The notes under the pieces are model-generated. The model made no database searches. It worked only from the letters and a program-made list of their open reading frames with translations, and was not told the DNA's origin. From Octopus sinensis (taxonomy: Eukaryota), in contig NC_043009.1 of NCBI RefSeq assembly GCF_006345805.1, positions 71,238,001-71,302,000 of the forward strand: DNA of 64,000 nt. Direction: 5' to 3'. Both the position numbers and the translations under genes were made by a program. Positions within the stretch are counted from its first letter, which is position 1, and every line of letters begins with the position of its first letter. This document shows positions 41,816 to 55,079 of the stretch, piece by piece.

Positions 41816-44015
41816 ACTACTACTACTACTACTACTACTAACATGAAAGAGCCTCTCTTATTACACCGGAGGTTCTCCGCAAATATTATTACATTCGATG
41901 AACTTTCTAAAACAACGTAAAGTGTTAGATATGAACGACGTGTTGGTGGTTTTTCATGATTTCGTTTGTGTTTCGTTGATGTCCGCCAGTCAAGGTTGTT
42001 ATTTTGATTGCGTTATCTTTTATTTTTGCAAGGAAGGGGTCAGATCTGATCTTATCAGCCCATCTGTAAATTAGAACAAATAAATAAGATGCTATGTGCG
42101 CGTATGATATTATGTGAGTGTGTGCGTATGTGTGTGTGTGCGTGTGTGTGTATATGTCCGTGCGTGTGTGTGTACATGTATATACACATATATACATGTA
42201 TGTACATACATATATACATACATACTTATATGTGTGTGCGTGTGTGTGTGTGCGAGCGTGCGTGTGTGTGTATACGCAAGAACTCAGACACACAGAGAAA
42301 GGGAGAGGCATGAAATGAGGGGTGGGGCGCGCTAGGAAAGTGATTCGTTTTGTCACTGATATTTTGTCACTGATATTTTGATGACCTAGACAGCAATGTT
42401 ACAGGTACTTTTCGAGAATGCATACCAAGCGACGAAAGAGCCTCAACGCATTCGCTCGATATGACAGAAGTAGCAGTCTATGTCCTTCAGAATCAATCTC
42501 ATGTTGTCTTATAAAGGAAACAGTGCATTAGACGTAATCATCACAACCTATGCTAAAGGAGTAAATGGTTACCAATGGATGAGCTTTATTGATTAAGGCT
42601 AACCGGGAGATAAACAGACTCGTACCAGCTATTTTAGGATTTGAAGATATCATCGGCGAATGACGGTAATACGAGACAAAGAAAAGTTCATCTCTTTTAT
42701 ACTTCATGTCCACTTGAAGTGGCAGCTTTATATACGTCTTTTTTATTCTGAGTTCAAATCCTACTGGAGTTGATTTCAATTTTTCTTCACTTCAGGATAA
42801 ACTAAACAAAGTATAAGTAAACTATTACACTTGATTTAATTTGCCAGTCTTTAAAACTGTGTCACTTTGTAAATGTTCCGAATGTTCCGAATGTTCCGAA
42901 TCAGCTTTCGTGAATTCTAACAAAGCATCTCCATAGCCTTTTCAGACTGGTATACGTGCGCGTGTAAATACATAAATATGGAGAAGAGAGAGAAAAATGA
43001 TGAGCAAGCCCTAGTAAAAGTAGTCTGCTCAGAGGCTCTCCTTTCTAGTTTTCTTCAAAAATGCACGATAAGAAATGAATTTAAGATGCAAACAGTGATA
43101 ATGCTTGCGTATCTAAGACAGGCTTTGACTGGATGAACTCAAACTGTAATTATCGTATTGGTTAAAAAAAAAAGACATTTGTAAAGATAATTAATGAAGA
43201 GATAATGAAAATTCGTTAATTAGAGAAAGGAAGGAAAAGAAAAAAGAAAAATAGGAACGAAAGAAGCAAGCAACGGGGAAAAAAACATCGTAAATATTTG
43301 TATGAAGAAAATACGAAAAGTAAAACTATGAAAGTGGCATAAATAAGCGATTAAAAAAACTGTATCTAAGGGAATAAAAAATAAAATTTGACGAGTGAGG
43401 GTAGGGAAACAAACAAAGAGCAAATTTCAAAAGACGTTGGGAAAAATAGCCAAAATGGGCGAGAAAAATAAAACCTATAAAAATGTCAACAGAAAACCTC
43501 AGAAATATATAAAAAAAAAAAAGAAAGAAAGAAACCGATGGAGTTCAAAGTTGCGGCGAAAAATCTAATTACTTTGAGACGTTTGTTAGTAAAATGTTAC
43601 AATGTAAATATTTGCATGGGTGTCAGTGTGTTTCTAAGGGTCAGCAGAAAGAATAAAGTAATATTACCATAGGTAATAGAGTTTGTGATGCTTCGGATAA
43701 GGTCTTTCATCAGGGTTAAGGTGAATGAGGCAACAAAGGAAATACAGACGAGTCTCATATCTTCTATTGTTTGAATGACAAAGCAAAATACGTGGGAATG
43801 TAGAGAGGAAGAGGAGTGAGAAACGTAGTGAGTGTGGGAGCAGCAGGAAGGATATAGTAAAAGTGCGCGTGGGGTGGAAGGAAAATTAAATTAGCTGAGG
43901 AGCAAAATGAAGGGGGGGTTAAGGAGTCGAAGGAAGAGCGTTCACTTAAACGCGTCAGTACACACACACACACATATGTGCGTGTATATGTGTGTGTATA
44001 GGCTGTTATGTAGGC

Positions 44016-44054
<39 letters not shown>

Positions 44055-44782
44055 TAGGTAAATAGTTATGTAGGCAAACAGATAGCTAAGTGGATAGATA
44101 GGTAGATGGGTGATACGAACAAACAAGCACACACATACACAAAAACAAGGAGACGAAAGCATATGACCATAGACACACATACACGTACAAACACAGAAGC
44201 AAGCATGCACACACAAACACATGAATATGCAGAATATATATATATATACAAGCGTACACACACGCATACATATGTATGGATACACATACACACGTATGCA
44301 TACATACATATAGTATACACATGCACATTGACGCACACAAATGCACACAAACAAACGAAAAGAGACGCAGCACCGATAATGAACAGTCAAAAACTATGGA
44401 AGAAGTTACAAGAAGCAACGAAAATTTTAGAAGAAAATAAGGAATGAGTGGGAATTGAACCGGTGAGTGTGATGATTAATAGGGCATTAAAACAGAATGA
44501 CTCACTACAGACACTACAATATATATTAATAGTAGTAGTATGACAGCAAAAGAATGAAGGAGACCTCGATATTATGTAAATAGGAATTTATCTGTAATAG
44601 AATGTGTGACAATTATTCGGTTGCCATAATAAAACTGTCGGGGCGGAAACCTGCACCGCCATCTCGTCAGTTATTAAGACTTCTTACCACATAGCCACGA
44701 AAGAGGGAGAGGAGATGCACAAATATATACACATACATGTATGTTTTTTAACCAACCATAAATATCGAAGTATATATATGTA

Positions 44783-45165
44783 GGCGCAGGCGTAGCTGTG
44801 TAGTAAGACACATAGTTCCTGGTTCATTCCCACTGCGTGGCACCTTGGACAAGTGTCTTCTACAATAGCCTCAGGTCGACCAAAGCCTTGTAGGCGGAAT
44901 TAGTAGACAGAAACTGAAAGAAGCCCGTCGAATATATGTATGTGTGTATGTGTGTGTCTTTGCGTATACGTTTTTCCCTACCACAACCACTTGAGAACCG
45001 GTGCTAGTGTGTTTACGTCCCTGTCATCCATCGGTTCAGCAAAAGTAACTAACAGAATAAGTACCAGGCTTAAAAAATAAGTACTGACGTCGGCTAAAAG
45101 TTCTTCGAGGCGGTGCCCCAGCATGGTCGCAGTCTCATGACTGAAGCAAGTAACAGATAAAAGAT
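44783..45165 (+). mobile_element. SINE family B full copy
   Basis: ggcgcaggcgtagctgtg...ggttcattcccactgcgtggcaccttggac...gactgaagcaagtaacagataaaaga. Confidence 0.85.
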
Positions 45166-45166
45166 A

Positions 45167-45330
45167 TTCCTTTCTACTCCAGGTACGAGGTCTGAAATTT
45201 TGGGGAAGGGGGCCAGTTGATTAGATCGACCCCAGTATGCAACTGGTACTTAATTTATCGACCCCGAAAGGATGAAAGGTAAAGTCGACCTCGGCGGAAT
45301 TTGAACTCAGAACGTAAAGACAGACGAAAA
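45167..45330 (-). mobile_element. SINE family A copy (alternative tail), tail-to-tail with a family B SINE
   Basis: atcgaccccgaaaggatgaaaggtaaagtcgacctcggcggaatttgaactcagaacg. Confidence 0.8.
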
Positions 45331-45958
45331 GATAAAATATATTCTTTGCTTCCTCCTCTCAGTGCTTTTCTCTCTCTCTCACTCTTTTTTTTCTTTCTCC
45401 TTCTCTCTTTCTTTCTCTTTCACGATCTCCCTCTCTGTTCTTATGAAATCTTTCTTTCACTCTCTTCCCCCTCTCTCTCTCTCTCTCTTCCCCCCCCTCT
45501 CTCTCTCTTCCCCTCTCTCCTCTCTTCCCCATAAATTTATTTATCTTGTTTTCAGTTTATTATTGTCGTTTTCCTTCAGATATGTTTTCAAAACTGAAAT
45601 AGCATTTTCCCTTTTTTCGTTTTTCTTGTTTTTTTTTTTGGCCTTGGCAGAAGAATCGCTGATAATGACTCCGTTCCTTTATCAAGTCAAATCACTCCAT
45701 TTTATTTCACCTTATTTCACTCGTTTATTTTCTTTGCATTATTTTCGTCAATGATCAATCAACGTATCGAACAGAATCTATCGATTTTGAATGAGAAAAC
45801 CTCTTCTCAATCAGCTTTAAATGCTTATTCGATTCTTTGCCTCCCGATCGTCGCTACAACATTTGAAGATCCCTTTGAAATAAACCCAACATTTATTTCT
45901 GTCTGATGACCGGTGACGAGAAACTCACTGGAATGGTTTGTATATTTCTGCTTTAATA

Positions 45959-46002
<44 letters not shown>

Positions 46003-46732
46003 GTGCATTCACACGGTGTTGCATAGACCGCTTCGTGGTACGAGTTCAAATCTTGCCGACGTCGACTTTCATTCTTTCGTGATCGATTTGTCTGTGTGTG
46101 TCTGAAGATTTTTGTATTTCTGTGTTTTCGAATGTCTGCGTGAACAGAAGTCTGTGTAAATGAAGGACCAGTTAAATTGGCATATTTCTAAATTCCTCAT
46201 TCAATATTTTTTCTTTTAAATTTACTTCTACCTGTTAGTTTATTAAATTAGATTGTTTGCTTACCTTATAAAACATAATGTAATTTCTTTAATAAACAAT
46301 GTCTTACCAAATCCGTTTATTGAACATTTTAAGTCAGCTATAAGGAATTCCAAGAATGAATTATGTGAAAGTAATGCTGAATAAACACGGTCTACAGAGG
46401 ACTACTGTTTCATTGCATAATTGTTTTGGCGAGTTTTGTTGGTATTTTTTCCTGGTTCAATGAATTGCTTTAGTTAAAAAGCAATCTTCATAACCAGACA
46501 AGTCGTAAAGCATTCGAAGAAGAGGAAGTTCCCCTGACCAAAAGATAAAGAGGGGACATTAAGCCTATCAGTCTTTTGATATATATTTAAATTTAATTAG
46601 AGGATGTGTTAACCTCATGAAGGGATGGTTTCATCCAAGGAAATACTGGTTCAATACCTAGTATTTTGGGGGAATGAATTTCCTTAGAATAATAGATGTA
46701 AATGAAGCATATAGTTTATAACCATTTAAAAC

Positions 46733-46956
46733 AAGAAAAGAAAATGGAGACTGGGAAGTTAATAATTGTTTAGTATTAACAACAAATTGCTTATCGTCTC
46801 TTCTTGCAGCCGTTTCAATTAATAATTAATAATTTAATTCAAATTTGTACATTAAATCATTAAGTATTAATTGAAACAGCTGTAAGAAGTGAAGATGACC
46901 AATTTGTTGTTAATAATAAACAATTATTAACTTCCTAATCTCCATTTTTTCTTCTT
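46733..46956. mobile_element. Fold-back/MITE-like element with ~92-bp imperfect inverted arms
   Basis: 46733-46824 pairs with 46865-46956 (ggaagttaataattgttta.tattaacaacaaattg...tttcaattaata). Confidence 0.75.
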
Positions 46957-46982
46957 ATATATGTGTATATATATATATGTGT

Positions 46983-47014
<32 letters not shown>

Positions 47015-47309
47015 ATACAAGTGTGCGAGTGTTTGTTTGAGTGTGCGTAGTATGTAGGGGGCGTAGGTTTGTGTATGAAACCTATTGAGTTATAGGAAGC
47101 TCAAGTCAAGATCTTGTCCCTACATGCCGTCTTTCTGTATCTAAGATCGGTCGGCTACCTGAAGGTCTTAAATGCTAAATACGTAAGATTTTAACTCGTC
47201 GCTGCAAACAAACGCTGTAAGTAAAAATGGCAATGTTCACGGTTAACACAAGCTATCCGTGCTTCCACATACAGTAACTACTGATAGAATATTGATCACG
47301 CATTCTATT

Positions 47310-47580
47310 TCAATTAGATTGTTGATCTGTGATGTAAACATTGTGTGGATTTAACTTCTCGTTTGTTTAGCGCAACAGAATCAATACCCAGCGATGAGGT
47401 TGTGTTGATACAACTCCCGAAACCACATTGCGATATTTCTACTGTATTTCCCAGATGGCTGACATAACATCGCCACAGGATTTGACGATATTTTAGCACC
47501 TCTTCTGAGATTACAGTCTCTGGACAGCATTACCTTTTGACAATGACTCGTTGTATCCAGATACACTTTCATTCAGCTGG
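47310..47580 (-). mobile_element. Degenerate RT fragment (RTE-like)
   Basis: YRQI..VEISQCGFG resembles the ESQCGFR motif. Confidence 0.35.
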
Positions 47581-48883
47581 CTCCCGTGCTTTTAAGTATT
47601 CAAATAGAAAATTGCTGTTTGTTTGTTTTCTGGTTGTACAGCCGGAAATTTTGGCCTGTGTTTGCTATTCACTTGTGCACGTGCAATATTTAGTATTTAC
47701 TTACTGAGCTGGGTTATAGAAGGAATGATGAATTTATCTGGGTCAAGTGTGTTGTCTAGAAATAACTTAAAATTATGTCATGAAAAGTCAATATATCGAA
47801 AACATAAGATAAAACGAAGACAAATCATGGCCTGTATTATATAAATGAATGCATGATCAGTATTCGGGAAAGGATAAAGTATCAAACACAGAGGTGACCC
47901 TTTCTATTGTTAACATTTCTTGGCGAGAAAGGACGAGGGATTTCAAGTTAGACGTAACGGTGCGGTACAGTCTACGATATTGTTTACTGTGTACCGCTAA
48001 TCTCGACAAAAACTGGCTTTGTTCCTTTTTACAAATAATTAATGTCTTTACATGAAACAAAGATGCCGTCTTGGATAAGTTGCCCGAATTTCAATTCCAA
48101 CGAAAATGACATTTCTACCCACCGTATCACAATCTCGGTAAAATAAAAGTAATATACTGCGATCATTTCAATAGAACATATAAACATATAAACACACACA
48201 CACACACACACACACACACCACACACACACACACATCGATCCAATAACTTTTCCTTATTGTTCCACTAAAGACAAAAAGAAAATTGAGAACACACTGCAA
48301 CTAATTAACCAATTCTGAGTAGAATGTCTCCTTTTCAAAATAATTGCCAAAAATAATTATATGTATGTAAGTATACATGTATTCTTTATCTGTAAGAATT
48401 ATATTCAGCATAGTTAATCTTCCAATAATCCGCAACCGATTTCGGTTCTCGGCTGCATCCAATGTTCAGCATCTTACAGTTCAATTCCACAATGGTCCAC
48501 GAATAAGAACCAAATTCAAAAATTAAAATACTTAAAATGTTTATTAGTTGCTGTCTTAAAAGAAAATCCAATTCTTTAACAATTGGAATCGTTTGATAAT
48601 GTATTAGAATATGATTAGACATCAATATAACACAAGGGATAAAAGTTCATTTCTGGGCGAGTTGCAGGGTTTCCGTCGTGTCACACGGCATATCTTGACC
48701 ACAGCCAATTTCTTGCAGAGAGAGAATGGGGGAGGGGAGCGATAGGAGATGAATCATAGACCTCAGTATTGGATTGTCACTTTGGATTATCCTCAAAAAT
48801 ATGGCAGGTAAAGCAGATTTCAGTAAGAAATTAAGTGGAAACGCAGAGCGCCAGAACGCTTGCCAAGAAGCTTTCTAGCCAAT

Positions 48884-49485
48884 CATCATCATCATCATTG
48901 TTCGACCGTGGTCGAGACTATGGAATTTACTATGCTACGCCAGACTTCACGGTCCATCATGGCATTACGGAGGTCCTGTTGCTGGATGCCTGTATCCCTG
49001 GAGATTACATCAGGGTAGAAGAGTGTGCGCCCTCTGGTATTGCGAGTAGATGGCTTCCAGAGGAGAAGAGTAGAAATTGCCTCGTTTTCAGCTCTACAAC
49101 AATGTCCAGCAAACTGAACTCTCCTACCTTTCACAAGAGATGACACGGGTGGTAGTTTCCCATATATTTGCATTTTGGTTGGATGGCGCTTCCACGAGAG
49201 ATTTTGAGCTCTCATAAGGAGGCGAGTGTAGGTTCCGTCCAACCGCCTCTCAAGCTTCTTTGATAACGTCCAGGTTTCTGAGCCATATAGTAGAATTGAT
49301 TCGACTGTGGCTTTGAAGATTTCAAGTTTCAAGTCTCTACTTAGATTTGATGACCAGATCTTATGCATGTCATTACAGGCTGACCAGGCCATACCCTTTC
49401 TAGTTAGAAAATCTTTTCCAGATGATGATATGTATGACCCAAGATATTTGTAATCAGAAACCATATTTAAGGGCGCATTGTTGAG
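48884..49485 (-). mobile_element. 5'-truncated RTE-clade LINE, open ORF to natural stop, (TGA)n tail, 7-bp TSD
   Basis: YKYLGS..FKATVESILLYGSETWTL..RRVQFAGHC..DREVWR; AGCCAAT at 48877-48883 and 49486-49492. Confidence 0.9.
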
Positions 49486-49638
49486 AGCCAATACTTCACA
49501 GCCTCCTCCAATTCACGGCATTGTGTGATGAAATATAAACTAACAATCTGTTAGTAAGGAACTCGCATTGAATGACCACCCAAACTTGTAGTTTAGGAAA
49601 TGTTTCTGCTGCTTCTATTACCAACCCTGCTGCAGCTA

Positions 49639-49669
<31 letters not shown>

Positions 49670-51119
49670 TGCTGTTGCTGCTGCTGTTGCTAGGTGGTCA
49701 GGTTATTAAGGTTTTACCACCCATTTCTATAAGCACCAGACGCAGTATCTCGGACTTGCTACATCATGTGTAGTCAAATATTATAAACGGTTTTAACCAA
49801 CCATACTCTACCAAAACGTGCGTCAATAAGAAAGTTCAGGCGCTCACCGTCTCCTACCAGACGGACAATGCGGTCATTAGAAGTTCAGCCATAGAGAGAG
49901 GATTTGTAAGATCCTCTTGAAAATTTTAGCCATCAACAAGAACGAAGTGACTGGTCTGTTCAAAAGGACGCTCGGGACGATGGCTATGTATAAATTCCAG
50001 CGATCCTTGGTCTAGCAGTGCTACGGAGGGATCCTGTCGGTTGGAGACTTTATAGGCGCGGAAGGCCGTCATCGGGTCAGTCTTCGTTACGAGCTGAGAG
50101 ACGAAACTGTGCTAAACGCACCCATACAGTCGCTTTTTGTCTTTTCTTTTACGATGTTAAGTCGAGCAGCTTCGTGGATCTCTCTGGCTCTGCAAGTAAT
50201 TTGGTTCGATTCTTTTTTCAGTCTTCCATGCAATGTGAGAACAACATTTAACATTAGCACAAATTCACAAATTACGTAGACGGACATAAACAACAGTACT
50301 TTCCTGATGTTTATCTTATCAACCACTGCATGGATGAAAGTCAAGGTCGACCCTCAGCGAAGAAAGAAATGTAACTAAATATACCGGAAGTACTTGTTTT
50401 GGCACTTTGTTGATTTTGTCATTCATCGCCATTTTAAATACTTGATATCGATATAAATTACTTTTGCTCTTTTTTACTTATCGACATATCATTTATAACC
50501 TCGGCTCTTTGCAGATTTTTAGCACTCAGACACAAAGCAAATAGACGGCAACAGTAACAACAGCAACAATCAATAACCTCGTATCATGTTTGACAAACAA
50601 AAACTGAGAAACAAATGAACGTTTATGACTGTAGAAATAATGAGCATCTCAAAATGGGGGGGGGTTACAGTTTCTTTTTTCCGAAAAACGCCACAACTGT
50701 GTTACCAGAATATAGCAAAGACTGGTAGAATCGTTAGACTGCCGGACTAAACATCATTTGGTATTTAGTAACTTTCCTTTATGTTCTGACTAAACATTAC
50801 GTTAAGGGTTCAAGTCTCAGCACAATAATCAACACTTACGCGATGGTAAAATTAGACGTACTTTTGTGCATGAGGTATACACACACACACACCCGCGTGC
50901 ACACACACACACACATACACATATATATACATATATATATATATACATATAAATATATATGCATATATATATATACATATAAATATATATGCATATATAT
51001 ATATATACTGAATCATACTGATAGACAGACAAACAGACGTTCGCACATACACACAAGCATACATAAACACAACACACATACACACACAGATACACACACA
51101 GATACACACATAGATACAC

Positions 51120-51150
<31 letters not shown>

Positions 51151-51649
51151 TGTTAACTGTATTAGGTCACTACGCGTTTCATAGACAAACATTACTTCCT
51201 TTTCTGTTTTACAAAACCGTTTAAAATATAAATTGCATCAAAATGAAATTAAAGCTGTCTTCACATTAAAACACTCGTAGCAGACAAAATGACAATTGTG
51301 GATTTTACATTTGTATGTCGTCGATCAGATGTCATCTCGTCTTTCTCTCGGATCATTTCATACAATGATTCCTCTGTCTGGTCTATTGTCTCTCCCACGT
51401 TTTCTTTCACTTTTCACGCCCATCCTCCTCTCTCCCTCTTTCTCTCTCTCTCTCTCTCCCACACACCTCTCCTTCTCTCCATAGTTTCCTATGCCCCATT
51501 GACACTCCAATCCCTTCAACGAAGCTTCTTACTCCACCGCCAATCCTCTTCCTGTTACGTTTCTTTCTCTTCACTTTCCCCTTCTTCAATTCCTTCGTTT
51601 ATAAACACAAACAAATGCAATTTTATATATTATTATGTAGATATAGGCG

Positions 51650-51800
51650 CACGAGTGCCTCCCAAGCACATATAGCCCCAGGTTCAATCCCACTGCATGG
51701 CACCTTGGGCAAGTGTTTTCTCCTATAGCCTCAGGCAGACCAAAGCCTTGTGAATGGATTTTGTAGACGGAAACTGAAAGAAGCCAGTTTTATGTGTGTA
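51650..51800 (+). mobile_element. SINE family B 5' half
   Basis: caggttcaatcccactgcatggcaccttgggcaagtg...gtagacggaaactgaaagaagcc. Confidence 0.75.
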
Positions 51801-51849
51801 TGTATGTATATATATGAGTGTGTGTGTGTGTATGTGTGTGTGTGTGTGT

Positions 51850-52085
51850 GGAGGCACATGGCCTAGTGGTTAGAGCAGCGGACTCACGGTCGAGGGATCG
51901 CAGATTCGAATCTCAGACCGGGCGATCTGTGTGGTTGTGAGCGAAACACCTAAGCTCCACGCATCTCCGGCAGAAGGTAACGGCGAACTTCTGCTGACTC
52001 TTTCACCACAACTTTCTTTCACTCTTTCCTCCTGTATCTTGCAGCTCACTTGCGACGGACCGGCGTCCTGTCCAGGTGGGAAAAA
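51850..52085 (+). mobile_element. Third tRNA-derived SINE family (family C), abutting the 5' end of the CR1-like fragment
   Basis: A-box-like TGGCCTAGTGG and B-box-like GATTCGAATCT, followed by a non-tRNA body; not a complete cloverleaf. Confidence 0.7.
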
Positions 52086-52094
52086 TATACACTG

Positions 52095-53985
52095 TTTGAT
52101 ATTAAGAGACTTCAACGCTCCCACGATCGATTGGCCCGCATCAATTTGTACAACATCTTCCCGGTTCAGCCAGGCCCTTCTTGACGTGGCTGAAGATTGT
52201 TTTCTATCGCAACATGTTGAATATCCGACAAGGCATGGATCTGGTATTCTCCCGCTATCCAATATCAGTGTCAGACGTATCTGTGTGCGCCCCTCTTGCC
52301 AAGAGTGATCATGCGGTCCTGAAGTTCGTCATGCACACAACTTTTTCTACGCCCACGACTACTTCGCTGTCACGTAGAGTCTTCTCTGCAATTAATCTTG
52401 AAATTCTAACCGAGGCTTCCGCGCTTCTGGACTGGCGATCCCTGATGACGTTGTCCACAGTTGACAAACTATGGTCATCCCTCAAAACATATGTAATCTG
52501 GTTGACTGACCAGGCAGTTCCCGTTGGGCTTCCCAAGAAGAAGAAACACAAGCCCTGGGTGACGAAGAAGGTTAAACGAGAACTTCGACTCAGAGATATT
52601 GCTTGGGCTGAATTCAAATATCTGGATTCGACTGCAGCTTTTGAGGTGTACAAAACTCAACGAGACTGAGCCGTGAAAATTGAAAAGGAAGAACGCTTCA
52701 GATATGAATACAAAATCGCGGCAAACGCCAGTAGCAATCCAAAATCCTTCTTTGCCCATGTCCAGCGGAATTCCCGCTTGAACAACCAAATTGCAACGTT
52801 GGTAGACTCAACAGGCATATCGACTGAGGACCCTTATCAACAGAGTCAATTATTTGCCAAGGCTTTTTCAACTATTTTCAAACAAGATGATGGTCGTGAA
52901 CCCCCTCCATTTGATAGATCGGTACCTCCAATGCTTCGATTGGTCATCACGCGGGACGAAGTCAAACGTGTTATCCAAGGCCTCGATGTCAACAAGGGTC
53001 ACGGCCCTGACGGCATACACCCACGGGTTATCAAAGCGTTGGCTCCGGTCATCTGCGAGCCCTTAACACGTCTATTCAATATGTCATTGGCGACAGGTGT
53101 TATACCTGCGGACTGGAGAACAGCGATAATCTGCCCAATTTTCAAGAAAGGGAGCCGCGAAGACCCGCTTAACTACCGACCGGTTTCCCTTACATCAATA
53201 ATCAGCAAGATGTTCGAAACCATCCTTAAGAAAATTATGATGCTCCACAGCCTCTATCTCTGATTCCCAACACGGCTTCGTGCCGAAGAGATCATGCTTG
53301 ACCAACTTACTGGTAATGGAAGAATAGGTGACGCGTATCCTGGATGATGGTGATGCTGTTGACATCGTTTTATTGGACTTTGCCAAAGCTTTTGACTCGG
53401 TAAACCACCGCCTATTACTTGTCAAGCTTCAAGCATATAGTTTCCATCCGGATATTGTACGATGGATTGGTGCCTTCCTCTCAAATCGCTCCTTCCAAGT
53501 CCAAGTTAATGGTTCGCGGTCCGACGTCTCCAGTGCGAGCAGTGGCGTGCCTCAAGATTCAGTGCTTGGGCCCTTATTGTTCTTAGTCTTCATAAATTAC
53601 TTGCCCGACGACCTCACGCAACACACCCTTCTATTTGCCGACGATGTCAAACTGGTCGCTCCTCGCGGTGATATAGAGGATCTTCGTCGATGCCTCCACC
53701 AAATTTGGAGGTGGTCTAACGAATGGGACCTGTGTCTGAACGTGTCAAAGTGCTGTCATCTGCCTGTTGGCTCTCCTCCTGCAACTCAACTTGATTTCGA
53801 GCCGGGTCGTCTGCTGCTGGAGAGGACCGATCAGATAAAGGACCTGGGTATCTTGGTGGATTCCTCCTTTTCGCCTTCGGCCCAGTGCGTCCATGCTGCC
53901 AACAAATCACGCAGAATTCTGTTCTTGATTCGACGGTCATTCGGAATGCTCACAGCAGCCATATTCCTACCACTCTATGTCAGAA
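52095..53985 (+). mobile_element. CR1-clade (CR1/L2-like) LINE fragment: endonuclease C-terminus plus RT, with stops and frameshifts
   Basis: DFNAPTIDW, SDHAVLKF, GPDGIHPRVIK, PIFKKGSREDPLNYRPVSLTS, QHGFVPKRSCLTNLL, DFAKAFDSVNH, SGVPQDSVLGPLLF, LFADDVKL, DLGILVD. In-frame TGA near 52667, frameshift near 53250, TAG near 53325. Confidence 0.92.
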
Positions 53986-54153
53986 TGAAGGCTAAGCAGG
54001 TCGAAACTATTATCAACTCTTCTTCTTAAAGAATAATACATATGTACTCAACAAGATGTATTGAGTAATCTTTCAGTTTAATGTTAGATTATTTTTCTTA
54101 TAACTCGACACAAGGACAAAAATTAAATGTAAATAAGATCATATATGTATATT

Positions 54154-54312
54154 TATACTTTACTTAAAAGCAGCAAAAATATCACGAAATGTGTTACTCA
54201 GAGTTTCACGTTCCTGTTAGTCGGACATTCTAACAAAACTGTCCTACGAACGGGAACGTGAAACTCTGAGTAACACTTTTGTGATATTTCTGCTGCTTTT
54301 AAATAAAGCATA
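54154..54312. mobile_element. Hairpin element with ~73-bp inverted arms, each carrying a degenerate hammerhead motif
   Basis: 54154-54227 pairs with about 54240-54312; a single arm of the same family lies at about 36233-36303. Confidence 0.7.
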
Positions 54313-54363
54313 TTACTCTCCCTCTGGTATTTGAGTACTCTTTTTTTCCACCTTGTTCTCTGG

Positions 54364-54394
<31 letters not shown>

Positions 54395-54596
54395 CTCAAA
54401 GTGTGTATTACAAGGAAAATGTTGAAGTTTCATCTTGCGGTTAAAGCAATGTGGCTGCAAAGAAGATGCGGTCTAATTGTGTTGCTGCTCTTCTTCTTTG
54501 TCTTCTACGGCGTATAAAGATACATCTTAATGAATGGAGTGATGGGTGAAGCTGGACTAAGGAGTTAAAAAAGAAGAAAGGGTAGAACGCTGTAGG

Positions 54597-54712
54597 AAGA
54601 AGAAGAAGAAGAAGAAGAAGAAGAAGAAGAAGAAGAAGAAGAAGAAGAAGAAGAAGAAGAAGAAGAAGAAGAAGAAGAAGAAGGGGAAGGAGGAGGAGGA
54701 GGAGGAGGAGGA
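54597..54712 (+). repeat. (GAA)n-(GGA)n polypurine tract
   Basis: Directly visible; a complementary (TTC/TCC)n tract lies at about 62230-62398. Confidence 0.95.
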
Positions 54713-55079
54713 ATGAAGTGAGAAGGTGGATAAATGAGACATTGTTCTGGTTGCACAGGTTTCGTTAATTTCGTTGCATCCAGGTAAATCGCAGGTGAGT
54801 GGGTTGTGTATATTTACTGTAGGAAATTAGTGATTGGTTTTTAATTGTTCGGATTCATTCAAGCATGTATTCAAACACAGGTGCAACAGGTTACATTTAT
54901 ACTGAGGCTCAGGTCAAAGACAGATCAGATTCTATGGTCCGTGCTCAGACAAATCCTCAGCTGAGAGAGCTTCTTTCTCAGAACTGGTTTTCATCTAACA
55001 CGAAGGGTGTCATTTGACGATTGTGCAAACGCTTAAGCTCTTTCTTGCAAGCTAGTATTGTAATTATATGTTGGTTTCA

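Noticed and set aside
45903-45925. CTGATGA...GAAA hammerhead-like strings (also near 43690-43712 and 10425-10467 on minus)
   Set aside because: No pairable stem II or stems I/III, or GAAG in place of GAAA.
51850-51925. tRNA gene
   Set aside because: A- and B-box-like motifs are present, but there is no acceptor stem or full cloverleaf and it continues into a SINE body.
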